From Botryllus schlosseri (Eukaryota): 64,000 nt of DNA. Location of the stretch: NCBI GenBank assembly GCA_051294905.1, contig CM119373.1:4404001-4468000 (forward strand). Direction: 5' to 3'. The position numbers and the translations under genes were made by a program. Position 1 is the first letter of the stretch; every line of letters starts with the position of its first letter. The notes under the pieces were generated by a model. The model was not told the origin of the DNA. It saw nothing but the letters and a program-made list of their open reading frames with translations, and made no database searches. This document shows positions 50,801-62,948 of this stretch, one piece after another.

Positions 50801-53800
50801 TATTCCGATGTATTGTCAAAACTATATATATTTATGCATTAAGTTTATTGTTTTGACATAGCATCCGCTTATGTAGTGGGTAGTTCAATAGCCTAATTTT
50901 GAATATATTAATGAACATTGATGAAACGTCATTATGCACAGGTCACACGGGATCAGAGGAGGCAAATGGAAACGAGTGCTTCGTAAGTACAAATCAATTA
51001 CTCATGTTAGTTAACACTGTCATCATGAAACGAATATGATTCAAAATATATCTGGCAACACAATATACAACGCTCTATATGTTACATGGCGAGCTATAAT
51101 TCACAAATGTGTGCAGTTGAGGATAATTGTGGGTTGTGGCTATTTTCATGGATTCGAAATATTCTGTATCGAGATCTGATCGATTGTTGCGAACTAATGC
51201 AGTTTGAAATCTGCCAATATCCTATTTAAAGAATGAATATTTACGTGTAACCGGATAATAGTAGAAAATGTGCATCATGTTCGGTGTTCACTAAAAGTTT
51301 GTGATCTATCCATTTTCAAGACATCAAACATTCAAGTCCTTACCCGACGCCATAAATGCCTGAACGTAAGATATCTGGCTCGTAGTCCACGGGTTTAAAA
51401 CCACTTCTATAACAGATGTATTCCGTCATGTATTCGAGAATTCACCACGCTTCTCAAGTTCTAAATTTCGGAATTATATCATTCTAAAGACGTAATGACA
51501 CATTAACGAACGTATCGAAGTAATTCAGTAATGCTAAGTATAGTTATAGTTCTGAAATTTCAGTATAACTTCCGCAGCTTTATTCGACTAATTCAGCTGT
51601 ATCTCTTGATTTTTACAGGATATCACGAGTAAGTTGATATACGATCCATTGACTACACGTTAGAAATTTACAAATGCACGATATTGACGTTTTTATTACT
51701 GATTTTACCGATACTGCCGCAATATGCTGTCGAGTTTTCGAGATTTTTCGAATCAGAGGTTACTCGGAAGCGAAAATGCTCAACCGTAATGGCGTGATAC
51801 GACAGATGTACATTGATATGCTTTCAGCCCAGGATGGCATGGATCAATTTCAGGAGTCTATAAAAGGTCCGAACATCGTTTCTATCAAAACTAATATCCA
51901 TCCCGAAATCGAGGTCTCCATGAAAAGACGACCAGGTGGGCATCTAAGGACCACAGCAACCGCTAACCAGAGGGATGCGGCAAGTGAGTAAATTGTTACA
52001 ATCAATTGCAAAATATCATTATCATAGACCAGACCTTGGATGGCAACTGACTGCTATTGCTGACCTTATGCAATGCGAGTTGGAAGACGTATTATTCATG
52101 CGAAAAAGTCTGAGCGCACGATTTCTGTGAGAATGATTCTTAATTTTCAGAAGCAAATTTCCGAGTGTTACAGCTGATGTTGCTGTTTGTATTATTCATG
52201 GTGTTTATCGACTAATATGGTCATTTACACCAGCCCAATTTTCATCATTTATAGGCTATTCCGCTGTTGCCGACTTGTAGCACGGCTCACTATACATTAG
52301 GCTTTTATATAAGCCCGCTTACATGGCAGCAGCAGCCTAGATAACCAATCCTCCAACACCTAGGTAGGAATTCTGGATTCGACCTCTCGGTCGGACTCGA
52401 ACCAGAAACCCTTTGGTGTTGCAGCTGTGGATTATACCACTACGCTATCTAGCCACCCCCATGTTACGTTGTTGACATTGCTCATGGATATCCTCCATAG
52501 GAGCTCGGCAATGAAGTACTTCTACTTACGCGGGGTGCTCAAGTAGGTTTTACAGTTTCAAGTCATACATCGAATTCTGAATAGCTTCTTGGAGGTACAG
52601 AATTCAATATTGGATAGGATATATTCAAATAGCAATGAACCAAAATATTTTTCGCTGACACTCGTCAGGGGCGATCGTCAGCAACTAGTAGCAAACTGAA
52701 AAGATCATCGTACATCGGAATATTGGAATGAACGTTGTATATATGATAGAGTTACTATATTTTTAGATTCGAATCTCTAGTCTGGCCTAAGAAAACTGGT
52801 GAATTTGAAAACTTTTCTATCAAAACTTCTGTTTTGAATAAAAAAAAAGTCATCACTTCACTCAACTCCCGAAACACCCGCGTTTTCACGATACTAGATT
52901 GGTGTAGACTAAAAAGAAATGGTCGTCATTTTGATCCCGCTTTTGAGGACAAATTCCCAAAATATAGGACATTTGGGCGTCCCCCGAAGACACTTTCGAT
53001 TTTGTGGAAAGAAGAGGAGAAATCTTCCTAACCGAGGACGTGGACGTATGGTAAGCCTAATATATGACGTCACAGGCATGGGTGTCAGTGAAGTTATATT
53101 TTGTGATACAATTGTTGATGTACAAGGTTCTTGCCGATTCTCGACTAGCTGCTGACGATTTCCTCTGACGAGTCTCAGCCGCACATATCCGGGTTCGTTT
53201 CAAGATGAATATACTATTCATTTGTACATGTACTTCATATGGAGAGTTGTTAACACAAAACTACTTAGTTTCTACATTTTCATCATCAGCTATACATGTA
53301 AGTCTGACCATCTACCCCAGTGGTTCTCGAAGTGGGGGGGGGGTGAGAGTATCTGAAGTGGGGCGCGAAGCTGCGGTCAACTGAAAAGTTTGGTGCATGG
53401 AAGGTTATGACTGTTATGGCGCCAAATTATACTCAAGTACGAGATATACTTATTTTAGCAGCCCAAAACGACGTTAAGTTGAACTAAAATTGGCTGAATT
53501 TAAATAGTATAGTCAAGCATAAGTATATATTTGTGAAATGCAGTCTCAGGTTGGAAACTGACATGTGCAGACGGTGTAGAGAGCTGGGTTTGTTGTTGTT
53601 ACTACATTACAGTACTTGGAAAATCGATCGTTACTGACTCAGTTTGCATTTACTATATTGTTGAAATCTCAGCTTGAGATGAAATAATAACTATACTCGA
53701 CCGGTGACCACTTCCGCTCTCATTTCATTCGATCAACTTTTTGAATTATTAATCACAGTTATATTTTTCATTTTAGCGTGCAACGTTTCTGTTTTCAATT

Positions 53801-54429
53801 TCCCGAAGAAGGATCATTGCCATTATTTGCAATACACCGGAACCTTGCCAGAGTTGACTTCACTAACTGTTTGCCTCTGGGTTAAGCCTGGTAATCAAAG
53901 TGAGTTCGCGAAAGGATCCGTCATTAGTTACTGCACAAAAAACGCGACAGGCTGCAACACTTTTCTCGTGGTGCTACGTAAGACGGATGCTGCTGTGTTC
54001 GTCAACTCTCATGAGTATAGGTTTTACCAAGTACCCCCCATCACAACCCGGTCACACTTATGCATTACCACGAACATGACTACAATAAAGTTTTACATCA
54101 ATGGCTCTGTGTACCTTCCAAGTAAAATCGGTAGTAACAAGGAAAACATACCGGGAGGGGGAGTACTTATCTTGGGGCAGGATCAAGATGGTTTTATCAA
54201 GGGGAATTCTCCTGGCGCACCAAAGCAGAACTATCAGGGATTTTATGGAGAAATACAAGGACTTCATCTTTGGAATAGAGTTTTCGATCATGGAGCAATC
54301 AAAGACTTATTATATCTGTCGCGATGCAATTGCGCGAACGATTCCATAATAACCTTGGATAGGTTCAACTCCATCTTAAAAGGAAGCGTGGCCGCCGCCT
54401 ACGACATCTCCTGTAACGAACATGAGTGA
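47875..54429 (+). CDS. Pentraxin-domain gene C, 5 exons (47875-47938, 50942-50982, 51619-51628, 51828-51983, 53777-54429), 307 aa, probably secreted
   Basis: GT-AG introns with phases 1,0,1,1; 924 nt open. METTARYVKSWRWLIMAISFAG leader with the same W-x-W motif as gene B; stalk exon shares IVSI-x-T with gene B. Confidence 0.75.
48227..50458 (-). mobile_element. Gag-only Ty3/Gypsy-type LTR retroelement (2232 bp)
   Basis: TG...CA LTRs at 48227-48465 and 50221-50458 differing only by a 1-bp indel; TSD AAAT; PBS TGGCGAGC; PPT GGGGGGGAGCAG; single intact gag ORF. Confidence 0.95.
48736..50220 (-). CDS. gag: Retrotransposon Gag (494 aa): coiled-coil N-terminus, capsid-like core, two CCHC zinc knuckles
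   Basis: PDTFDG...YLCHFE...NEW...LGASLRGRA; GESPTAFAAALRSLAHKAYP...QFCHG; CYRCGDPSHLIRNC and CARCRGAGHVAEQC. Confidence 0.92.
   Translation of the reverse strand: MASTPKNKVDTISSSKESYLEARNRFLVLDTISDSDDDSADTSTGVDGKVKESLARLEKIMEGIPRNMAYEAKRQAAELMNSVNGDVAALNSQVRGFEEKLQLMNSGFEEKFQLMSSGMGDIKGMLASVVNSPKVDTDSNGELGCDPVSRPTVGFVIDSCGDETAFVPPCNGAQSSPKMMNVGPFHYGASDYVKMAPDTFDGASGTSLEEYLCHFEFTALCNEWNNERKGCYLGASLRGRALSVACELSAEVRVQYVRLVEHLRKRCKTSSHGSLVYRNSFTTRKNLPGESPTAFAAALRSLAHKAYPQMSDEVCEQMVIQQFCHGFSDPHVCALLSLQDSSNLDDLIKVAEVYEGAFSSKVDQGKVAKSLIKTGDGYDSDGNCTSSSGVCSGVSDLRKDLETLSLEVRKLVKSMESAPVKYSKPERRVMPKCYRCGDPSHLIRNCPVPVCARCRGAGHVAEQCQFQYPAPNQMYGPVFNQNVPAQPTHQALNH
52179..52460 (-). mobile_element. tRNA-derived SINE in intron 4 of gene C
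   Basis: Reverse complement shows TAGCGTAAGTGGTATAATCCACAGCTGC...GGTTCGAGTCCGACCGA matching the 31162 copy. Confidence 0.75.
52583..53225. mobile_element. Diverged copy of the hairpin-plus-tail element, split by MITE 52747-53059
   Basis: AGCTTCTTGGAGGTACAGAA tail, GCTGACACTCGTCAGGGG left arm and CTGACGAGTCTCAGCCG right arm. Confidence 0.75.
53777..54429 (+). CDS. Pentraxin-domain exon of gene C
   Basis: TTTTCATTTTAG acceptor; SLTVCLWV...SYC...CNTF...SHLCIT...FYING...IPGGGVLILGQDQD...QGFYGEIQGLHLWNRV. Confidence 0.9.
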
Positions 54430-56643
54430 TTGCAAATTCGCGTATTCTATTTCGTTTGTCTATTGTTGTCATTTGAAAATGAAACAGTTAATTTGTTAAA
54501 TAGTATCTAATCACACAACTCGTCGTCGCCGAAAAATATGCAAAGAAGTACAAACTATGCATTTGTATAGCCTGCGCGCTACTACGATTAGATTTGCTGA
54601 AATAATATTTCCCAGTAGCAGGGGGTATTCCTATTGGTATAGGCTACCGAAATGTTTGAACTTCCCAAATTATTCGACGTTCTCACACCAACCTCGATGT
54701 CAATGTGAGTGTCGATTATTGATCATGTATAACTGCTATATTCATAGAACATGCATCGTTAAAATTGTAGTTTTGGATAATATATTAATGCATGTGGTAG
54801 GTGGTAACTATATACTTACGACATTGAATATTATCAAATGATATCAATTTTTTATCCAGACTTCGTTTATTTCATCATGTGTTCGTTGATGATGAATACT
54901 TGAGCATTTGTTAATTCCGTAATAATATAACATTGCCGTCGTTTTGATTTGCCGTGCCTGAGGCTGCCTTACGAATAGTGGGTGGCGTAAGTAGGAGAGA
55001 TATGAACGTGGAGTTAATTCGTAGAGAGGTTAGATGCGGTCTGAAGAGGTACTATTTCTCAATTCGGTAGGTCTACATTAGGGCAGGCCTGGGCAAAGTG
55101 CGGACCGTGAAGCTATTCGGTGCGGCCCGCGAAAGGTTTCTTGGAATTCTAAACATAAAACTTGCTTTTTGGATGACTAAAACCATAGGTATTATCAACT
55201 GAACATGAAATTCGTTTACTTGGAAGCCTGTTCATTAAGACGCCACAATTACGCTGCCTACGTATCTCGCATGCGTATTCCAGATTCAAAATAAAAGCAA
55301 TGTGGCAAAGTTTTAGTCGCAATTAAAGTCACAAGAAATCACTCTTTCCATAAAGCTTAGTTCAAACCTTCTTTGTTGCCATTGTCACATTACGCATTAT
55401 ACGGTTTGTGCTTCAAATTGTTACGTGATACGTTTCCAAAGCCCTAATTCATAATTCAAGTCAATTAGTGCTGGCGATTACTATATGACTCATCAGCCGG
55501 AAATTGTGATGCAAGTATAGGCTGAATATGGCGGATTTGAATAAAAATAGAATTCAATCGAAACGAATGGCTCAAGTAACTGCCCTGCTTTGTGGAACTA
55601 GATCGACCTCGTTCATTTTAATATTTCAGGATGGAAAATCTCTTGCGAACGTCATGGTCGACTTGAAAAAGCTTGCAGAACAAAAAAAGCGTGGGTCTAA
55701 CTATCAGGGTAATATAGCGATGAATTAACAGTTGCCGCGTACAGAACTGCCAAACGTGGGCACATTTAAAGATATGGTCATAAAGCATATGCGATATGAA
55801 TCCGACTGCCAATTTTTACCCACAAATAAAATTTTATTGGTTATCAAAATTGCAACAATTAAAGGACACGAGTTCAACTTGTGCTCATGAAAAAGGCTAA
55901 AGGTTAGCATTCGGTTAGTTGCAACTGACCAGTCTTCCATACACCAGGCTTCACAGATGACACAATCCTTTACATTGTTTGGGGTGACTGACAAAACACG
56001 AAGTATGCATACTTTCCAGCAACCAATAGCTGTGACACGATAATATTGTAGTCACGAGGTCATGAGTTCAGAAATTATGATTCAATTCATATATTATATC
56101 GATCTCGTGTATATTAAACGTGTACAGGATGGGGCTATTTATACTGCATAGGCCAGGGCTCTTCAACCGGATGTATCGTACACCCTAGGACTGGGGCGGG
56201 CAAACTACGCCCGCGGGCCGCATGCGGCCCTCGACAGCATCGATAAACACAATAAAATTATTGATTAATATTTAATTGTTAGCGCAATAGCCCGTCCTCG
56301 AGGCCCACGTATTTGGAAACGTTTCGGTTGCGAAACAATGTAAACATCCAAGAAAATCCAAACGTAAATGAATTAGTTCCGATCACAATTGTGATTTTAC
56401 AATATAACTCAAACTTTCAGTGCTGTATTTGGGGAATAACGGTTCATGAGTGTGATGTAGATTCGTCTTCTATGCGTTGTTAGGTTCAAATCATTCATAA
56501 CTCGGGTCTTAAGTCATTCATAATGAGATGCCCAAATCAATACAAAAAAGCGAAAAGTTTTTTTGCTGCACTTTGAAACACCATTTAAATTATGACCATC
56601 CAAATCACAGGCACAGTTTATCAAATGATGAGGTACAAAATAA

Positions 56644-57644
56644 TAGGGATGGTGTGAACGTGAGGTTCACGTTCGCGTTCTGTGTGTGAACCTCGGAAAT
56701 TTAGAAGTTCGCGTTCACAACAGAACCTTGGTAGGTTCTGCACTGTGAACCTTTTGGTAAATTGTAATTTTCACTCCATTATAATCTTTGGCTCAAATTT
56801 ATTGCATTTCATCTGCGGGCCACTCCATGCATGGTGCTGGCAGCATAAAAAATCAACACTAAACGAGCATGTACCATGCACCTCGACAACCTTAAAAGTT
56901 TTACTTGCTTTGTTGCAAAATTTTCTCGGAATATCCAGCTTTCCGTTTGTGAATATTTAGTGACTCTCTGCTGTGAGCTTGACCCGCAATCACACAACAT
57001 CACGAGCGATATAATTAGTCAGCGAATGATGCTTATTCAACCAATCAATGACATTGATATCGTCTTATGATGTAAAAATCGAACGGTCGTACGGGGTCAG
57101 TCTTGACTTCATATCTTTACCGTATCATTAAAACCAAATCCGTGCGATTAAGGTGCTTGCTACTACTGCATAACTTGTTGTTGTTTGTGGTATCGGTAGC
57201 GAGTATAGGAACCCGTTGTACACTCTTCTCAATATCAATGTAGCAATACTCAGACTCCGAACACATTGTCTGGTCTGGCTAAGACCGTTAAGGCGTAAGC
57301 TTATATTCCTTGGTAAGTCATCGTCGAAATTTTTGGCAAAGCGACGGAATGTACTGATTTTATGCAATTATCATATCCTTTGATTACCGCGGTTGATACA
57401 TTTAGCGACGTTTAAAACGCCGATATATACTTCAACATTGTGGCATTATGTGGACCGAATCTTCGCTAGGTATCGTGTACATTAATATAGGGCATAGGCT
57501 ATCACCTCGTTGAAAGATAGGGTTGGAGTTCGCAATATGACGTCACGTGACGTCACGAGGTTCACGTTCGTGTTCACAAAGAACCTTTCAAAAAGGTTCG
57601 CGTTCACACGAACCTGAACCTTTCAGAGGTTCACACCATCCCTA
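56644..57644 (+). mobile_element. hAT MITE (TAGGGATGGTGTGAAC family)
   Basis: Perfect TIRs; collinear with 32137-33126. Confidence 0.9.
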
Positions 57645-59590
57645 CGAAAATAAATCAATCGAATTAATCAAATGTTAGAGACAACAGTAAATTATGTCGT
57701 AAGGTGATTTGATGGATATGAAGCTGTCTGCATTTCGCGTTCTGAAGTTGACCAAACGCAGAATCACCATGCGTCTATGAGACGATCGCTGCTACCATAT
57801 TCTAATTTCCTTCCTTTCTTAGGAATCGGCACAACCTACTTTTGTCCCTAAATTTGACGAATTGATTGGGAATGGACATATTATAAAATCTCGTTAATGG
57901 TTCTGACGCACGCACGTTTATCAAATCAATGTTTTAATTGTTTTGTGCAACCTACCGCACTCATGTCTCTGGTTAAGATATGGTTACTATATAATGATAT
58001 AAAAGCTTGCGACGTGGCTTATAATTCCAATTATCCTATAATCCGACCCGCAAAGGGATGCAGGTTTTGAATGCAGCCCGCGAGCTGAAACGTTTGCCCA
58101 CCTCTACCCTAGCGTGTACTATAATATTTGAAGGGTGTACCACTCGGATGGGGAGTAGAGGGGTGAACCAGATTTGCATTACAATCGACTTGAAAATAGC
58201 TCAATATCGTACAATGTTCATCTCAACTTTGTACGCAGCTTCTAAATGACATTCCTTCTGTGATGTCACCAGCAAATGTTCTCCTTGTCAATTAACCGTT
58301 GGTAATGGATTTCCTGGTTCCCTTTGGAGTAGAACAGGCTGGAGGTAATATGTGTTCAGCTTGTGATATATGTCTATATAATCTAATGATACTAGTGGAA
58401 ACCGACACGATGGCTAAGAAATTTTGAATTGGTACTTACAGATGCTTATAAATAGCGCAGTGTACATAAAATAAGGGGGCCGAGTTCGAAACCCACTATT
58501 TTAGATGGTGGTTAGGGAACCTTGAGTCGTAATTAGTATGTACTATGTAGCATCTCCAATACGTTGCAGCCTTGCTCATTCATATTTCGATTAGGCCATT
58601 GGTGGACATCTGGTCAACCTTCGAACGTACGGCCGCATCACTGTAAAAATTATTCTTGTAAAATTACAGGAAAAATATGGTATACTCGATTATTAGTTTA
58701 CAGTATTTTTCTTGTAATTCGTTACAAGCTGACAAGCTAAATCTAGTAAACTCAGTACAAGATATATCTTGTAACTCTCTTTTTCTCTCTCTTATTATAC
58801 CCAAATCTTGCACCTGAACTGGCAGAAAGACCCAATGCATTCGGCGGCCACGATTGTTCACAAAACTATATAGCGAAAAGGCTCATTTATTTAAAGCCGA
58901 TTAACAGCAGCAGATCAGCAGGAAATATACAGCAGGCTCAAGCACAGTATATGAAAATCAACAGCAGCATGTATAAAAAGAAATTGTGCAAAAACTATTT
59001 GCATGACTTAGCCTGCAGCAGACCAAGCATGCTCTACAGGAGTGCAGCTTGAATGGCTTGACAAGCACTCATGTAGTTCCCAAAGTATCATTAGGTCCAG
59101 TACAAACCTATTTTCTACATTACAACGTCAGAATTGTCAAGTAATGAAGTATGCTGAAAATATAATCACTTGAGGCCAAATCTACTTCAGCACTGCAAAT
59201 CAATTTGTTTCACACATTGAAGCGACCGCAGACGGCATATGCAGCCCTTTGATTTTTGCAATGCAGATGGACAAGAAATGTAGAGTCTTATCCACACCAC
59301 GTGCGAACTGGATATTGAATACCCAATGTATTGACAGAATGAGAGCTAAAGCATGTGTGAAATCTACTACGTCATTTATCACTAGCCCGTCGAAGTGCAC
59401 CATCCAATTGGTTTGTCGAGTGTCAAGATGTATAACTGGGTGCGGTGATTCTGGATTATCCTGAAAAAAGAGGGCACACAACTGTATACTGAAAGGCAAA
59501 GAGAGTATGAACTTATATAGCCAATAATACTATCAGAGTAATAATGGCTGATGTATTAGGTCAAAATTATGACTATGACAGCACTTATAC

Positions 59591-60388
59591 CAGGGGTACC
59601 TTTTCAGCCAAAGGGACACAAGAGATTTAGGAACCATTGAGTGGGCCACTTGAATGTTAATGACCTTTCTTAAGTCGTCCGATAGGAGCCAACCAAATTA
59701 GGTAACATTAAAAATAAGACTTACATTTTACATTATGTCATGAGAACTCTGTGGGCATTCATGTCGTGATCGCGCTAGGTGGGAAATTTTTTCAAAAACA
59801 ATGAATGAATTCGATAAATAAATATGTTACTTGCAAATATTGAGGGTTGCCTTTGTATACCACTGGGTTAATTTTGCAAGGACATGATTATTCGGCGTTT
59901 AGATATAGCAATATCGAAGGTTTCGGTGAACATCCCTCCGTCCTATTGTGCAAAGTTTCATTGTCGACGATCTCGCTGCGAGCACACAAGCGAAGTCGCA
60001 TGTTGGACGACACAACGTTATCTCCTAATTGCGAATATATAGTTGGACTCAATTCTGTAAGTGACGCGTATTTATAATTTTCAGGAGGGCTCCAACACTA
60101 AATGCAAAAAATCGAGTGACAATAAATCATGCGAAGTGCCAAGAAAAATATCAAGTCGAATAAATCTGCTGCGAGATATTCTACTTAATGGTCATATACG
60201 AAAATCTGCGATAAATGTGGCTGGCCCCTAAATACGCCAATGCGTCGGAACTGATTTTTTAGTCATCATCAAATTTCGCGGTCAGACCAATCAAATTTTG
60301 GCAGACCTTGCTATTTTACCCGATGTTTCGAGAATTACCTCGAGGGCCATACACAACCATCTCGCAAGCCACAGGTTAGCCGCCACAG
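59591..60388. mobile_element. Degenerate hAT MITE in the last intron of the SAMD3-like gene
   Basis: Starts CAGGGGT; perfect 8-bp TSD ACTTATAC. Confidence 0.65.
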
Positions 60389-60718
60389 ACTTATACTGAC
60401 ATATCTAGCTGTGAGCCTATTATCAGCGCAGTAAAGTATATTTTATAGCAATGCAATGTCGACATGTACTTGGTACAAACCTTGTTTAGAACCAAGAATT
60501 TGTCATAGGATTCGTTGAACATTGAAGGTATACCGAGCATCCAATTGAGTTCTGCAGAATATGAAAAAAAAATTCATATTTTGAGTTGTCCAATAATTTG
60601 TATATTCAAAGCATTGTACCTATCACATCTACAATGTTGGCTGGCAAGCGATCCCACTTGATTCTTCTTGCATGCTTGGAGAATTTATTTTCTTTGATCT
60701 TGTCCAGAATATCTAGAC

Positions 60719-61909
60719 CAGGGGTTCTCAAAGGGTGGGCCATGGCCCACTGGTGGGCCACAGAGCATTTTGAGGTGGGCCACAAAGCTATTTAGGAAAT
60801 TTTAGAATTAATGTGAGTTTAGTTATATTTGTTATGTTAAACGCTAGAAATATATTCATAAACTTTTCATCAGACTCTGATGAAAACGGGTGGGAGGGAC
60901 AAACGGCGGCTTTTTCCAGTGGCTATGACAACCTACGGCTAACAGTAACTAAAGTAATTTCGAGTATATGATAACTGGAACGTAATGCTGAAGTAACCAA
61001 GTATTCCGGCAGGGTCATATGTCGTATGCCGTGGAAAGGGTATGCAATAAAATCGGAATGAAGTGTAATTGATGTATAGATTTACTGTACTTCGGCAGGT
61101 CGAATTATTGTAAGACAAAAATATCCATAATTGAAAATTATTAGCAACTTCTGGTGATGGTATACTGCACCACCGCAACGAATCGTGATGTATTGAGGAT
61201 ATAGCGGAGCGCATTAATCTTTGCAGTCGGTTTAAAATGTCTGGCCTGGAAATCATTGAACGTAATGTAAGAGTCACATGAATTGATTGTATCATTGGAT
61301 TGAATATTGTGACATCGCAACTTCAGATGGTTTGGCACAAGACATACAATGTACATTGTACAGCATGCATATTAAAAAACTCTTTCTCCACTTCTCTGTA
61401 GTACTAGCACCCCATTCATTAATTAATTGTTTGAAGCTGGCCCAGAATGATTATATTATTCCCCACAATAGTGGAACTAAAACCCAATCACACAGTGAAT
61501 GCGGGGATGTGATCATTGTATTTCGCGACGCGAATGGAGCAGCGGACGATCATAATATACACAGGAGTTTTAGTCTATGATCTACCAGGGCCGTAACAGC
61601 CGTTCCGAATCCCCCAATTGGGGGATCTCGAAGGGGTCCAAGATTATTTTGTTGGTCGTTTGTTGGAGGATATATATTCAACTTGAAAATTTTCGCCGCG
61701 CTTCGCGCGATTTCATGTCCCTGGTTGTCTGGATTTAAATATCATCAGTAAATTAAGAGAAAAATGCGCATATTTTAGATAAATAGGCATATCGGCGCCG
61801 TCGATTACCACGCATTGAACAAAATTATGACTCTAAGATAAAAGGCGGGCCACAGCACACTTTCAAACCGGAAAATGGGCCACGGCCAAGAAAGGGCTGA
61901 GAACCCCTG
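60719..61909. mobile_element. hAT MITE inserted in a coding exon
   Basis: CAGGGGTTCTCA...TGAGAACCCCTG; perfect TSD ATCTAGAC; removal restores LLEEMKLINNGLDILDKIKENKF. Confidence 0.9.
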
Positions 61910-62513
61910 ATCTAGACCATTGTTAATCAGCTTCATTTCTTCCAATAGCTGAAACATTATCAGTTACCGTTAAACAGAAATCAAACCAATGATATTGCTT
62001 CTTACCCAATATGAATTTCTGATAAGGGGATACTCCACAAGAATGTCAGCAGTTGGCATGTTCCCGTCTTCTATATCTAACCGACGCCTTTTGAAAGTGG
62101 CTTTCATTGCTTTCATAAGCTTTGCCTTGGCTGGGTTAGATGAACTTGATTCTGACAATATGATTGACTTATGTTCGGCGAAGCTTTCCTCATTGTTCGA
62201 GGATTCTCGGACCTGAAATTTTTAATTAATATATGAATCAGCGGTTCCCGACTGACAAGCCACGAAAATAGTAATTTCCTACTTCGTTAGCAGGAAGACC
62301 AGAACTTCAGGGTTTCTTGGATCGAGGGCTGCTCGTGTCGGATTCTTCAGTATGGAGCCGTCTCCGTGGACCAGGTCTTCCATAATTTATTCTATTTGCG
62401 ATGAGAACCGGATCGTCTGGATTTTTTTACTTTCCGACGTTCGTTAAAAATTTTGTGATCGAGTTTCTTTTTCCAAGCGTGCTAAAATGTTACCGATTTT
62501 AGAGAGTGTAGCA

Positions 62514-62948
62514 CAGGGGTGGGCGAACTTTTGAGCTCGCGGGCCGCATTCAACATCTGAATTCATTCGCGGGCCGTCATATCACAAAACGCACCCATGA
62601 TGCTAAAAAACCTAACGGGTAGTTTGATGGCATGGAAGGTTACGACTGTGGATGAGAGATTTTAAAATATGTAATCGAGACTAAATACAGAGCAATAACT
62701 ATGAATGGGATGCAAATCGCGCGAAGCGCGAAAATTTTTTTCAGTCGAGCTCAGCTTCGCGCCCCCATTCAGATGCCCACCAGTTTGAGAACCACTGTCT
62801 TAGAATTATCGTGGTGAAATATACTAAGAAAAATTTAATCAAGTCCCTGCATTAATTTGATTTTTTTGTACGCATTTTATCAATATTTAAAAAAAGTTTC
62901 TTTAGACTCTCGCGGGCCGCACAGAACGGCGTAGTTTGCCCATCCCTG
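62514..62948. mobile_element. Intronic hAT MITE
   Basis: CAGGGGTGGGCGAAC...GTTTGCCCATCCCTG; perfect TSD GTGTAGCA. Confidence 0.85.

Noticed and set aside
51674..51827. 5' part of ORF 51674-51991 as coding
   Set aside because: No phase-compatible link upstream; only 51828-51983 aligns with the gene B stalk exon.
53704..53776. Hydrophobic N-terminus of ORF 53704 as a signal peptide of a single-exon gene
   Set aside because: It is intronic polypyrimidine tract read-through; the acceptor at 53776 matches the other paralogs.
14011..58649. One giant CACTG transposon carrying the pentraxin cluster
   Set aside because: The two CACTGTAAAAA termini point away from the cluster, so they belong to two separate elements.
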